In this document: in pieces, positions 1-14,693 of the stretch
Layout: every line of letters starts with the position of its first letter
Position numbering within the stretch: position 1 is the first letter of the stretch
Source of the DNA: Eledone cirrhosa
Lineage: Eukaryota
DNA: 64,000 bases
Direction: 5' to 3'
NCBI GenBank assembly: GCA_964016885.1
Contig: CAXHJY010001123.1
Location: 1-64,000, forward strand
The notes under the pieces: generated by a model
Told to the model about the DNA's origin: nothing
Databases searched by the model: none
The model's input: only the letters and a program-made list of their open reading frames with translations
Program-made: the position numbers and the translations under genes

Positions 1-590
1 GCTGAAGCTGGCGCAGTAATGCACCAGCCCCTCCAATTATTGCACATAATTCAGCCTCCTGTTTCCATCACTCGGCTCCGATCATACGCCTTTTCGAGGT
101 CTACGAAACAAGCATACACCACTTGGCAATACTCCAAAGATTTCTCAAACACCTGCTACATTGTTCGATTGTGCATGCGTCTTGACTTTACCGGGAAGGC
201 TTAACAAAGAGATCCCTCTATAATTGGAGCAATCTCTTTTGTCTCCTTTTTGAAAATTCGGATTATCAGTCCCGATTATCATTGCTTAGGTGCCTTTCTT
301 GAGTTCAAGTCCAACCAGCATACACGAATCATCCAGAAAATATCTTCTCACTTTAAACCTTTCAGCATCTCAGGGAGAATTTCATCCTCCTCAGTGGCCT
401 TGTCACATTTGAGCTCTTTAATTGATCTTGTGACCTCAGCCTCCGAAAGGTTAGTCATCATTCTCTGATGCATCTCAGGTACACTAGAAGCTGCTATTGC
501 GACCGGATTTAGGAGATTAGCGAAGTATTCTCTCTAACTCAGACGTTAAATGTTATCAGCTAAATTTGCTGTGTTCCTTTTTTGTATGTC
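1..590 (-). pseudogene. Degenerate non-LTR (RTE-like LINE) reverse transcriptase fragment
   Basis: Minus strand at 78-110 reads CFVDLEKAYDR (LINE RT motif). Upstream it reads EAEVTRSIKELKCDKATEEDEILPEMLK, a typical pre-RT segment. Several stops and frameshifts. Confidence 0.75.
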
Positions 591-930
591 CAAAGAAATG
601 TGTATAATCAAATAAGTTAGGCGAAGGTACAGTGAAAGTGTTCGGTGACTTGGAATTGCTAACGTTAATGATGTTACAACATCACAGCGTATAGTTTCAT
701 CAGTTCTTGGTTAGGTTTTTAATTCTGACATAACCATATCTACATAATTCCTGCATGATAACTTTCATTCTTTATATAGTGCTAAAGTTTACTTCATTTG
801 GCACGCTATGCAGTACTTGACAGATAAACCAGTGGGAGTCTCTATGTTGTCATTCGACACAAAACATAACAGCATAATCTCCCTCAAATCACTTAACTGT
901 CTTAAATAAGGAAGCAAAAATCAGAGTATA

Positions 931-1107
931 TAATTGTTTCTACTATTGGCACAAGACCAGCAATTATCCCAGTATTTTATTTTATCGACCCCGTAAGGAT
1001 GAAAGGCAAAGTTAACCTCGGCGGTATTTGAACTCAGACCATAAAGGGGCGAAACTCTACGCTGGAAATCATGGCGTCCGACCCTCTACCGATACTGCCA
1101 ATCCACC
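931..1107 (-). mobile_element. tRNA-derived SINE copy (Meta/MESC-like central domain)
   Basis: Matches the ~180-bp family repeated more than 20 times in the window: A-box-like TGGCAGTATCGG, B-box GTTCAAATCCC, core GCCTTTCATCCTTACGGGGTCGATAAAATAAAGTACCAGT, tail AAAGTAGAAACAATTA. Confidence 0.85.
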
Positions 1108-1420
1108 ATATAATATTAAGCAGTCTAAGAATATGGGAGGAAAATCTTTGGGGCATTTATTCTGGCTCATTGCATTGAAGTTCAAATCCCGTCGAGGTTA
1201 AACTTTGCCTTTCATCCTTCCAAACAGGTGGAATGCTTAGGGCTGGTTTTCTCGATCTGGGGTTAGACAACAACAGGAAGAAGTAAACAATAGAGATCCA
1301 AAGTGTGAAATCTCTGATTGAAAACCTGTAAATATTTGACGACTTACAGCCTCAGGGTTGTACACTGCTGATTTCCGTAGATATTTCCCTTCTTCCATTG
1401 TTTATAATCTGACGGAATTT

Positions 1421-1953
<533 letters not shown>

Positions 1954-2352
1954 ATATAGAAACTATTGTGAGCAAGAGCAAGAAGCCAACAGTATTTCAT
2001 AATATATATAAACAGCCTATCTCTGCGGTCGACTGATGAGATAGGATTGTCTGTATTAGTTCATTTTCTTGTCTTCGTCCATATTTTCTATTAACGTACA
2101 ATATATATATATAGAGAGAGAGAGCAAGAAAGCGAGAGAGAGCGGGGGGGGGGGGGGGAGGGGAGACATACTGTATTTAAATTGTAGTAAAAGGAGAGAA
2201 GACATGCTATTTTACTGTTCTGTTATGGATTCTGGCAATCATGCGGTTTAATTTCCGTTTGATTAATGACTTGTTTCTATTAGGATTGGGAGCCATTTTT
2301 TTTATTCCAAGACAAACATTTTACTTCATAAACTAAAATATTAATATAGCTT

Positions 2353-4058
2353 GGTGGATTGGCAGTATCGGTAGAGAGTGGGACACCATGCTTTGCAGCA
2401 TAGTTACGTCCCTTTACGGTCTGAGTTCAAATCTCGCCGAGGTTCACTTTGCCTTTCATCCTTACGGGGTCGATAAGATAAAGTACCAGTAATGCACTGG
2501 TTATTTGCTGGCCTTGTGCCTAAAGTAGAAACAACTATTTATTTATTTTATGTTCTGATTTATTTATTTATTTATTTATTTTGTATTGCATGCTTAGGGT
2601 CGATGAGGTGGGGATGGCGGGGCTAAAAATACCCTGACACGGTGGATGGTACCAGTAATGTACTGGGTAATTGCTGGCCTTGTGCCAAAAAGTAGAAACA
2701 ATTAATATAGCTGTCAATCTCTTTTTTATTTTCTACGAGAGTAACACTGCTGTTCTTGTTCTTGTTGTTGCTACTCTTGTTGTTATTACGGTTGAGAGTC
2801 GGAGACCATACTTTGCAGCATAGAGTTACGGACCTTTACGGTCCGAGCTCAAATTTCGCCGAGGATAACTTTGCCTTTCATCCTTACGGATCAATAAAAT
2901 AAAAAGCACCAGTAATGCACTGGGGTCGATTTAATCGATTTTCCCCTCCCCTTTAAATTACTGGCCTTGTGCCTAAAGTAGATATCATTATTATTGGCAG
3001 TATCGGTAGAGGGTCGGACACCATGCTTTGCAGCATAGAGTTACGGCCCTATACGGTCTGAGTTCAAATCTTGTTTATTTTCTACGAGAGTAACACTGCT
3101 GTTCTTGTTCTTGCTGTTGTTGCTACTCTTGTTGTTATTACGGTTGAGAGTCGGACGCCATACTTTGCAGCATAGAGTTACGGACCTTTACGGTCTGAGT
3201 TCAAATTTCGCCGAGGTTAACTTTGCCTTTCATCTTCACGGGTTCGATAAAATAAAGTACCAGTCACGCACTGGGGTTCGATTTAATCGACTTTTCCCTC
3301 CCCCAAAATTGCTGGCCTTGTGCCTATATAAGAAACCATTATTAGGGTGGAGGATTTGCAGTACCGGTGGGGCATCGGACATCATGCTTTGTGGCATAGA
3401 GTTACGGCACTTTACGTTCTGAGTTCAAATCACGCTGTGGTTAGCTTTGCCTTTCATTCATACGGGTTTGATAAAATAAAGTACCAGTAATGCACTGGGG
3501 TTCGTACATCTCTTTCGAATTCCGTCGATATGATGACTGGCCTGGGGTTTAAAAACAACAACAACTACAACAACAATAACAACAATAATTACAACAACAA
3601 TAATAACAACCACAACAATATCAACTACCACAAGAACATCTTCATTAACAGCAACAGCAATCATCATTATTGCGGATTGGCAGGATCGGTAGAGGGTCGG
3701 ATGCCATGCTTTGACGTATAGAGTTACGGCCCTTGCCATTCTGAGTTCAAATCCCGCCGAGGTTAACTTTGCCTTTCATCCTTACGGGTTCGATAAAATA
3801 AAGTACCAGTAATACACTGGGTATTTGCTGGCCTTGTGTCAAAAGTAGAAACAATTATTAAGAGTCAAGGGCGATGGATTGGCAATATCGGTGGAGGGTC
3901 GGACACCATGCTTTGCAGCATAGAGTTACGGCACTTTACGGTCTGACTTCAAATCCCGCTAAGGTTAACTTTGCAAGTCATCCTTACGGAGTCAATAAAA
4001 TAAAGTACCAGTAATGCACTGGGATAATTGCTGGCCTTGTGCCAAAAGTAGAATAATT
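2353..4058 (+). mobile_element. Cluster of about 8 head-to-tail full and partial SINE copies
   Basis: Copies start near 2353, 2650 (partial), 2790, 2993 (partial), 3140, 3346, 3673 and 3869, all on the + strand. Confidence 0.88.
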
Positions 4059-4451
4059 ATTAAGAGTCAGTGCAGAAGCCTGCTAGAAGAAGAAGAAGAA
4101 GAAGAAGTAGAAGAAGAAGAAGAAGAAGAAGAACAACAACAACTATAACAATAACAGCACCACGACCATGAAATAATTATTGAAAACCCATCGACTCAAA
4201 GAAAATCCATTCAAGATTTAATAGAATTTGGGAAGCTATTTCCAAAGAAAAATAGAGGAGGATTTTCTTTGATATAACGTTGCTACCATTTAAACTAATT
4301 GCCACAGAGATGCAATTATTACAGTGCAAATTACTCTTATTTTCCATTCCTTACCGAAGGAATGGAACTTGATTCCGTCAAACAATGAACATTTTAAAGC
4401 CATCTTATATCCGTAAACAACAAGGACGTCAAACGAATAACAAATATTATA

Positions 4452-4642
4452 TAATTGTTTCTACTTTTGGCACAAGGCCAGCAATTATCCTAGTGTATTA
4501 CTGGTGCTTTATTTTATCGACCCCGTAAGGATGAAAGGCAAAGTTAACCTCGGTGGGATTTGAAATCATAACGTAAAGGGCCGTAACTCTATGCTGCAAA
4601 GCATAGTGTCCGACCCTCTGCCGATACTGCCAATCCACCGCC
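4452..4642 (-). mobile_element. SINE copy, full length
   Basis: Reverse complement of the family consensus GGCGGTGGATTGGCAGTATCGG...AGAAACAATTA. Confidence 0.88.
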
Positions 4643-5180
4643 CTTTATATGTATATAAATAATGACATTGAAGTTTATGCCTTTTGCGTCGCCTTTTGAT
4701 ATCATATTTTGTGATATTCATCTTGGTTGAATCTCGCTTATTTCTTTAATGGCTTAGGTTGTGTTTTACGAACTAGACTTCTCGATATGCGGCATCACGT
4801 CATCTAAATGGATAGTTTGAGGGTTTAAAGTCGAGGGAAGACGGTAGAAGGTGGGGCATGGCTTATTAGGTAAAGGGGTCAAAGTCGCTGCAGATAATAA
4901 TAGTTTTATACATTTTATTATATAGAAACTACGTAATTTCGACAGCAGTAGCTTGATAACGTCTGTGTTCCCCATTTGGTGGCTGTTGTGGTCCGGTTCG
5001 GAATGCCGATTTCAAGAAGGTAGGTAGTCCGCGTTCGGTTTACCGAATTTGGTGAGTGAGTCATGGTTTGATTTAGCAAAAGTCATGAATGCAAATTGGC
5101 GTTCAGTTTAGGTGTTTACTAAGTGTTTATGGACACACACACACACACACACACAGACACACACATATATATATATATTG

Positions 5181-5400
5181 TGAAGGTGCGTGGCGAGGTT
5201 GTGATTTCGATTCCTAAATCGGGCGATGCGTTATGTCCTTGAGCAAAACATTTTATTTCACGCTGCTCCTTCTGCCTGGATTTGCGACCGACAGATAGTA
5301 TTAGCAAATGGAAAGATCAATGGAAACATTGTTTCCTCGGTCCGATTTGACAAACTTCACCCCACTCGTTAAGCGAATGAGGTCTGGGATCTTGTCGATC
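5181..5400 (+). mobile_element. Second SINE family (GTCCTTGAGCAAAACA-type core)
   Basis: TTCGATTCC B-box followed by ATGCGTTATGTCCTTGAGCA...TTTATTTCACGCTGCTCC. Related copies at ~21285-21490 (-), ~46200-46335 (-) and ~46500-46620 (+). Confidence 0.7.
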
Positions 5401-6687
5401 GACTGTTGAAATAAGTATGATAATTATTTAAGAAAAAATGCACTGTTTCATTATTCATTCACTTATTCACCCTTTTTCCTTGGACAATTATTCCTTTCTT
5501 TCGTTTATTTTCATTAATTCTTTTAATTCTTTCTCTTGTTTTTTTTTTTTTTTACATTTAATTTCTATTGATTTACTGTTCGTTTCTGCTTTTTAAACAA
5601 AAGTTATCTAATACCTTTATTCTTTATTTTTCCTTTTCGCTTTCTCTGTATAATTGTCAAACGTCAAAGAGTACATAACTATTCATCATTGATTTCACTT
5701 TACATTCCTTAATTCCAGCAAATTAACATAAAAACGCGAGCAAATCCACAACAATTCATCAACTATATTTAAGTTTGTTTATTCTGAAAAGCTTTCTTCT
5801 TTAGTTCGTTTAAATACAAAAGAGAAGTGACAAAACATATAAAAACAAACAAACAACAAAAGCGCACAGAAAATTAATGGTAGATCCTTTGCATGGTTGA
5901 GTATCCTGCTAGAAATAGCAACCACATCTCTCTGAAATGTTTTTTTTTTTTAAATTATTTAATCGGGAGGAAAGACACTGCTCAAGATCTTTATATTTCC
6001 AGGGCTGTCAAAACTAACAGGACGGGAGGTGCTTTAGTAATTGAGAGTAGGATTGAGGGAAGGAGTGAAAAAGGGATAGATGGAGAGATTGAGGTGTTGA
6101 GGGCAGATTGAGAGAATGTTTAAGGGTAGACTGAGACCTGATTAAATGATGCAACGGAGTCTATTACGCTAAGGGAATCTATGAAAGAACCTTTACCTAA
6201 TTGTTTAACTCTTCACTCTCAAATGTATTTTTCAAATCATTTAGCCACGAGGAAAGAGCAGCACACATGGCCAGAGTTACGCCGAGGTTAGCTTTGCCTT
6301 TCATTCTTACGGTTCAATAAAATAAAATACCAATCATGCGCTGGGGTCGACTTTCCAATCGCCAAAATTGCTGGCCTTGTGCTTAAAGTAGAAAAATTTA
6401 TATTTTCAGAACATCCAAGACTGATGAGGGATGGGAAGAAGTCCAAAGACTCCTGGTAAGTAGATAAAGACTCCCTCAATATCTTGGGCCATTATTTTGT
6501 CTCGGAGTAGAAAGCAACAATCACACTTTCAAATTTCGTTCTACAGCAGATAGAATTTAAGATAATGAGAGCATTTATGAGTATGCAATGAAAACCTTGC
6601 ACAATTTCAGTTGCCATATTACGTAATCATATTGGGACATTAAATTTCCAGCCAATATAATTGAGATTCATCGCACACGCACACACT

Positions 6688-7640
<953 letters not shown>

Positions 7641-7879
7641 GTATAATTTAAGAAACTGTTTTTATTCATTTATTATATATAGACATTACTACAATATCTT
7701 TGAAGTGTCGGACTTTGCAAAATCGATTTGTTGGGAACTTGTCTATGATGCTAGATTTCAATAGATGCCAAACATTGCCTGGCAATTCTACATTGCACTG
7801 GAAACATATCTTATCTTTAATCTCTATTATGTTTTTCTTGTCGCGTTTGCTTTTATTTTGTATACAATGTTATTGAATT

Positions 7880-8085
7880 GAATTGGGAGAGCGTCGGACA
7901 ACATGCTTAATGGCATAGAGTTATGGTCATTTACGTTCTGAGTTATAATCCCGCCAAGGTTAACTTTGCTTTTCATCCTTACGGGGGTCAATAAAATAAA
8001 GTACCAGTAATGCACTGGTGTCGATTTAATCGACTTTCCTTTGCCGCACAAATTGTTGTCCTTGTGCCTAAATCAGGAACCATTA
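7880..8085 (+). mobile_element. SINE copy
   Basis: Family consensus match. Confidence 0.82.
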
Positions 8086-8091
8086 TATTTA

Positions 8092-8682
8092 CTAGCAGAA
8101 AAACCACACTTCGGATGGTTTTCTGCTGGGATGTGTAGTGTGTATATTGATATTATACGTAAGTATATATACATGTAGATATGATACAATTAAACAAATT
8201 GTAATTGACAATATACACAGAAATTAAACGAAGACTGTGTTACAATGTCTTATGTAATCAGTAACGTAATCCATGATACATTAAAAAAGACGATATTATA
8301 TATAAACTGCATTAGGAGAAAATTAGTGACGGAAATATATTAATGTTTATTTAAACGATCGCTAACCGGAAGTGTTGACATTTGAAAATTTTAAAGAAGT
8401 GAATCTTTAAATAAGTAATAAAATATATTTAATGAACAGCCACGAAATTTAGTAGATAAATTATGTAATATTCATTCATTATTTATTCAAAGGTTAACTT
8501 TGCCCTTCATCCTTACGGGGTCGATAAAATAAAGTAGCAGTAATACACTGGGGTAATTGCTGGCCTTGTGCCTAAAGTAGAAATAATTATTTATTGAAAG
8601 TAATCCAACTTACTTTACAAACGGAATAAAAGATATATATTCTGGATGCAGTTCCGCACTCCTTACTTTATTATAGTTTAGA
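8092..8682 (-). mobile_element. Short non-autonomous Helitron
   Basis: Minus strand begins A|TCTAAACTATAATAAAG and ends in the hairpin AGCAGAAAACCA..TGGTTTTTCTGCT running into CTAG|T. A partial SINE is nested at ~8490-8590. Confidence 0.65.
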
Positions 8683-8749
8683 TTACACAAACACACACAC
8701 GTCCGCACACACATACATACACGTACACACACATGCACACATACACACG

Positions 8750-8862
<113 letters not shown>

Positions 8863-9156
8863 AACAATGAAAACAAAAAAACATGTGGTTTAGTGCTTAA
8901 TAATTTCATTGTTTTACAATCGTTTCAAAGGGTGAAATGAACCAGGATATTATCAATACATTGATTAACTGATATCAGTTATGTAACGACGATAAACTGC
9001 CAAACTGACGTGTTTTATCGAGGGTAATACTATCAAGTTATCTAACTGGTCTCGATCAGTCGATATATCGATATTAAATTGATTCATTTCACTCATTATA
9101 ACCATCGCCAAAAAATTGATTAATAAAGATCTAAACTTATATATATATATATATAT

Positions 9157-9553
9157 AAATGGAAAAAAATGAAACGAAATTTCATTTCTCACTCTTAGTA
9201 CGGCTGTTACTTAAATATAACCGAACATTTATTATAATGCTAGGTTTGTTTTTAAACAAACATCCCGAATTAAGCCGTACAGTGTTTAGCAACCATCGTT
9301 GCCCTTTTGTTCAACACTGACAAAGGAACGATGTACTAGTTTCAAGCTTATTAGCTATCGTCAGCACCGTATACCTTCCTGCCAGATGATTGAACGTCTG
9401 AAAGTATATACTTTCCTTATACATATTAACGGCTGAGCAGCCTAATTTGCATATCGAGTGAGTTAGTCGGCCGGGCGCACCAAAAATGATAAATGGAAAA
9501 AATGAAACAAAATTTCATGTCTCACTCTTAGTACGGCTGTTACTTAAATATAA
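9157..9553 (-). mobile_element. Miniature non-autonomous PLE/retrozyme-like unit with a 63-bp terminal direct repeat and a hammerhead
   Basis: 9157-9220 is repeated at 9491-9553. Internal hammerhead at 9328-9370. A second family copy lies at 63848-64000. Confidence 0.65.
9328..9370 (-). ncRNA. Minimal type I hammerhead ribozyme
   Basis: ACGGUG CUGACGA UAGCU AAUA AGCUU GAAA CUAG UA CAUCGU: stem I, canonical core, stem II, palindromic ACUAGU stem III, GUA cleavage triplet. Confidence 0.82.
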
Positions 9554-10055
9554 GTATGTATACGTACATACATATATGTATTAAATTTTATATCTGTATT
9601 ATATATTGCATTGTATTGTATATTATATTATATTTTTTATATCTTATTTCTCGGATTATATTACTATGTTGTATTTCGAGTATTGGACATATATTGTACT
9701 TTTAACGTGGCTATTTTAATGTTTGCTTGCTCTCTTGCCCTATAGTTTTTATGTACCAATGTACCCTATTAGGCTTGACACGTCTTTCCTGGATAACTTT
9801 CCGAAATATCCTTCCTTACATAATACCGGGTGTGTTATAAATATTATATATTTTTACCCATTAGTAATTAAGTGCCCTTTCTTAGTTACCTGAAATCTAA
9901 ATATGTCGCAACATCCTAGACCTTGCCTCCTTATCCTGTTTTTATATTACCTGCATATTATATCTTATAATGTAACATTTAAATTTCTATTTTTCTATTT
10001 CTCTATTCTTCTGAATTTTGGCTTGTTCTAGCCGTTGATATTTTTTGTCTTTTCC

Positions 10056-10100
10056 TTGCTCTGAAGAGTCCTAATTACTGGGACGAAACATTGTAGGCGA
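10056..10100 (+). ncRNA. Minimal type I hammerhead ribozyme
   Basis: UUGCU CUGAAGA GUCCUA AUUAC UGGGAC GAAAC AUU GUA GGCGA, followed by AAUAAA. It lies in an AT-rich, 3'UTR-like tract (~9570-10247) that ends at (TA)n. Confidence 0.85.
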
Positions 10101-10266
10101 ATAAAGATTTTTAATGTATTAAAGGCTTCTTTGTTGATTTATATAATTTTTTCGGCTCTGTTTGATAACATTGAGCTATCTCTTGTACTGTCATTTCTCT
10201 AATGCGATAAGTGTGTTTGACTCTAATGCACTCACGTGTTTTTATCTTATATATATATATATATAT

Positions 10267-10796
10267 ATAAAATATTAAACAAATAATGAATAAACAATTC
10301 CTTATATTACACAAAAAAAGTTCATTATTTAACGATCGTTTCTGGGATATATATGTGTGTTAGAATTGGTATGCATATTCAACAGATCTATGTACAAAAT
10401 TATACAAAATTATACAAATTATCAAGATTAAATATACATACCAAACACATATATACGCCGTCTTCTGAAGACGGCGTATATATGTGTTTGGTATGTATAT
10501 TTAATCTTGATAATTTGTATAATTTTGTATAATTTTGTACATAGATCTGTTGAATATGCATACCAATTCTAACACACATATATATCCCAGAAACGATCGT
10601 TAAATAATGAACTTTTTTTGTTTAATATAAGGAATTGTTTATTCATTATTTGTTTAATATTTTATCTTGACTCTGTATACCGTTTATCTTTCACCGAAAG
10701 TGGTTTTTCATTACATCTCTTCTTTCCATGATATCCGGAATACATTGAGTTCTCCATACGGATTGGACACTACCGTAAACTCTTGGTAGATTTATC

Positions 10797-10800
<4 letters not shown>
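10267..10800 (+). mobile_element. Fold-back solo pLTR of a PLE (near-perfect ~400-bp palindrome plus ~135-bp tail)
   Basis: Arms 10267-10465 and 10467-10665 with a 1-nt centre. The right arm plus tail is homologous to 17595-17922. (TA)n on both sides. Confidence 0.85.
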
Positions 10801-10872
<72 letters not shown>

Positions 10873-11600
10873 TATCTGTATTTTTAACCGCTGGTCAATC
10901 AATGATTAACGTTGATTGCCAAATAAATTAAGTATGGAGATATAAAAGATACAGAAGCAAAAGCCAACCAAACAGTGAGTTGTAATTACTGGGACCGGAC
11001 ACAACCCTATGTAGTTATGAAGCAAACGTCTTAACGGCAAAGCCATGTTTGCACCTATTTACCTCTGTAAGTTCCAGTGCCAGATCTGACACAACAATAT
11101 CAAGTAGACGTGTGACCATGCTGTTACTATGGTTACATCTGTTATGATTCCCTTTTACGTAAATACACCGAACCGCTGTTGGCAGACGATTTTCACTTTA
11201 ACAATAGTAACAGTGACTTACCAGCACCACACCACCTCCACCACCACCACTAACAACAACACCACCACCGTCACTGCCCCCCCCCCAACAACACCACCAC
11301 CGTTACTGCCATCACACCTCCCCATACCAGCACCCCCACCAACAACACCACCGTCACTGCCAACACACACCCCTATACCAGCACCACCACCACAACACTA
11401 CCAACAATAACACCACCGTCACGGCCATTGCCCCCACCCCATACTAGCACCACCACCAACACCACCGTCACTGCCATCACCCTCCCCCCATACCACCACC
11501 ACCACCACCAACAACAACAACACCACCGTCACTGCCGTCGCACCTCCCCCACCAATACTAAATCACTAACACGAGCACTACTATCATTACTTATAACGAC

Positions 11601-11795
11601 AGCGGCAAAATGGATTGGCAGTATCGGTAGTGGGTCGGACGCCATGTTTTGCAGCAAAGAGTTACGGCCCTTTATGATCTGAGTTCAAATCCCTCCGAGG
11701 TTAACTTTGTCTTTCATCCTTACGTGGTCGATACAATAAAGTACCAGTAATGCACTGGGTATTTGCTGGCGTTGTGCCAAAAGTAGAAACAATTA
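11601..11795 (+). mobile_element. SINE copy
   Basis: Family consensus match. Confidence 0.85.
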
Positions 11796-11802
11796 TACAT
11801 TT

Positions 11803-14693
11803 CACCACCACCATCACCACCACCACCGCCACCACTACCACCACCACCACCACCACCACCACCACCACCACCACCACCACCACCACTACCAGCACTACCA
11901 CCACCATCACCATCATCACCACCACCACCACCACCACCACCACCACCACCACCACCACCACCACCACCACTACCACCACCACCACCACCACCACTACCAG
12001 CACTACCACCACCATCACCATCACCACCACCACCACCACCACCACCACTACCACCACCACCACCACCACCACCACCACCACTACCAGCACTACCACCACC
12101 ATCACCACCACCACCACTTCCAGCACTACCACCACCACCATCAACACCATCACCATCACCATCACCATCTCCATCATCATCACCATCACCATCACCATCT
12201 CCATCACCATCACAATCACCATCACCATCACCATCTCCCTCACCATCACAACCACCATCACAATCACCATCACCATCACCATCACCATCACAATCATCAA
12301 CACCATCACCATCACCATCAACATCAACATCACCATCATCAACACCATCACCATCACCATCACCATCACCATCACCATCACCATCACCATCACAATCACC
12401 ATCACCATCACAATCACAATCACCATCACCATCACCATCACCATCTCCTTCACCATCACCATCACCATCACAATCACCATCACCATCACCATCTCCATCA
12501 CCATCTCCATCACCATCACCATCACAATCACAATCACAATCACCATCACCATCACAATCAACATCACCATCACCATCACAATCACCATCACCATCACAAT
12601 CACCATCACCATCACCATCTCCATCACCATCTCCATCACCATCACCATCACCATCACCATCACAATCACCATCACCATCACAATCAACATCACCATCACC
12701 ATCACAATCACCATCACGATCACCATCACCATCACCATCACAATCACCATCGCCATCACAATCACCATCACCATCACCATCACAATCACAATCATCATCA
12801 CCATCACCATCACCATCACAATCACCATCACCATCACCATCACCATCACCATCACCATCCCCATCTCCATCACCATCTCCATCACCATCACCACCACCAT
12901 CACCATCACCATAACCATCAACATCACCATCACCCCACCCTCACCATCAACATCACCATCAACATCACAATCACCATCAACATCACAATCACAATCACCA
13001 TCACCATCACCATCACCATCACCATCTCCATCACCATCACCATCACCATCTCCATCACCATCACCATCACAATCACCATCACCATCACCATCACAATCAC
13101 AATCACCATCACCATCTCCATCACCATCACCATCACCATCACCATCACCATCACAATCACCATCACAATCACCATCACCATCAACATCACCATCACCACT
13201 ACCACCATCACCATCACCATCTCCATCACCATCACCATCACCATCACAATCACCATCACCATCACAATCACCATCACCATCACAATCACAATCACCATCA
13301 CCATCACCAATCACCATCACCATCACAATCACAATCACCATCACCATCACCATCACAATCACCATCACCATCACCATCACCATCACAATCACCATCACCA
13401 TCTCCATCACCATCTCCATCACCATCACAATCACAATCACCATCACCATCGCCATCACCATCTCCATCACCATCACAATCACCATCACCATCACCATCAC
13501 AATCAACATCACCATCACCATCACAATCACCATCACAATCACCATCACCATCACAATCACAATCACCATCACAATCACAATCACCATCACCTTCACCATC
13601 ACAATCACCATCACCATCACCATCACCATCCCCATCTCCATCACCATCTCCATCACCATCACCACCACCATCACCATCACCATCACCATCAACATCACCA
13701 TCACCCCACCCTCACCATCAACATCACCATCAACATCACAATCACCATCACCATCACAATCACAATCACCATCACCATCACCATCACCATCACCATCTCC
13801 ATCACCATCACCATCACCATCTCCATCACCATCACCATCACAATCACCATCACCATCACCATCACAATCACCATCACAATCACCATCACCATCTCCATCA
13901 CCATCACCATCACAATCACCATCACCATCACAATCACCATCACCATCACCATCACAATCACCATCACAATCACCATCACCATCAACATCACCATCACCAC
14001 TACCACCATCACCATCACCATCACCATCACCATCTCCATCACCATCACCATCACCATCACCATCACCATCACAATCACCATCACCATCACAATCACCATC
14101 ACCATCACCATCACAATCACAATCACCATCACCATCACCAATCACCATCACCATCTCCATCACAATCACCATCACCATCACCATCACCATCACAATCACA
14201 ATCATCAACACCATCATCATCATCACAATCACCATCACCATCACCATCACCATCACCATCACAATCTCCATCACCATCACCACCACCATCACCATCACCA
14301 TAACCATCAACATCACCATCACCCCACCCTCACCATCAACATCACCATCAACATCACAATCACCATCAACATCACCGTCAACATCACCAGCAACATCACC
14401 ATCAACATCACCATCACCAGCAACATCACCATCACCATCACCATCAACATCAACATCAACAGCAACAGCAACATCAACATCACAATCACCATCAACATCA
14501 CCATCACCATCAACATCACCGTCACCATCACCATCAACATCACCAGCAACATCACCATCAACATCACCATCACCAGCATCATCACCACCACTTTAACATC
14601 AAACACATCAACAACATCAACAACATCACCAATAACAACAGAAGTGACATTATCAACAACAACAACAATAGTATCAACACTAACACCAACAAC
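11803..14693. repeat. (ACC)n/(ACCATC)n simple satellite with higher-order duplications
   Basis: Direct reading. The landmark CACCCCACCCTCACC recurs at ~12931, 13702 and 14320. Confidence 0.95.

Noticed and set aside
2033-2060. CTGATGA as a hammerhead core
   Set aside because: No GAAA follows a stem II; it is just part of a small inverted repeat.
2353-4058. CRISPR-like array or tRNA gene cluster
   Set aside because: These are ~180-bp SINEs with A/B boxes, irregular spacing, no cloverleaf and no cas genes.
11701-14596. 873-aa and 948-aa ORFs (MV/GD and TI/SP repeats)
   Set aside because: They are translations of a stop-free ACC/ATC satellite. They start or end inside a SINE and contain no unique domain.
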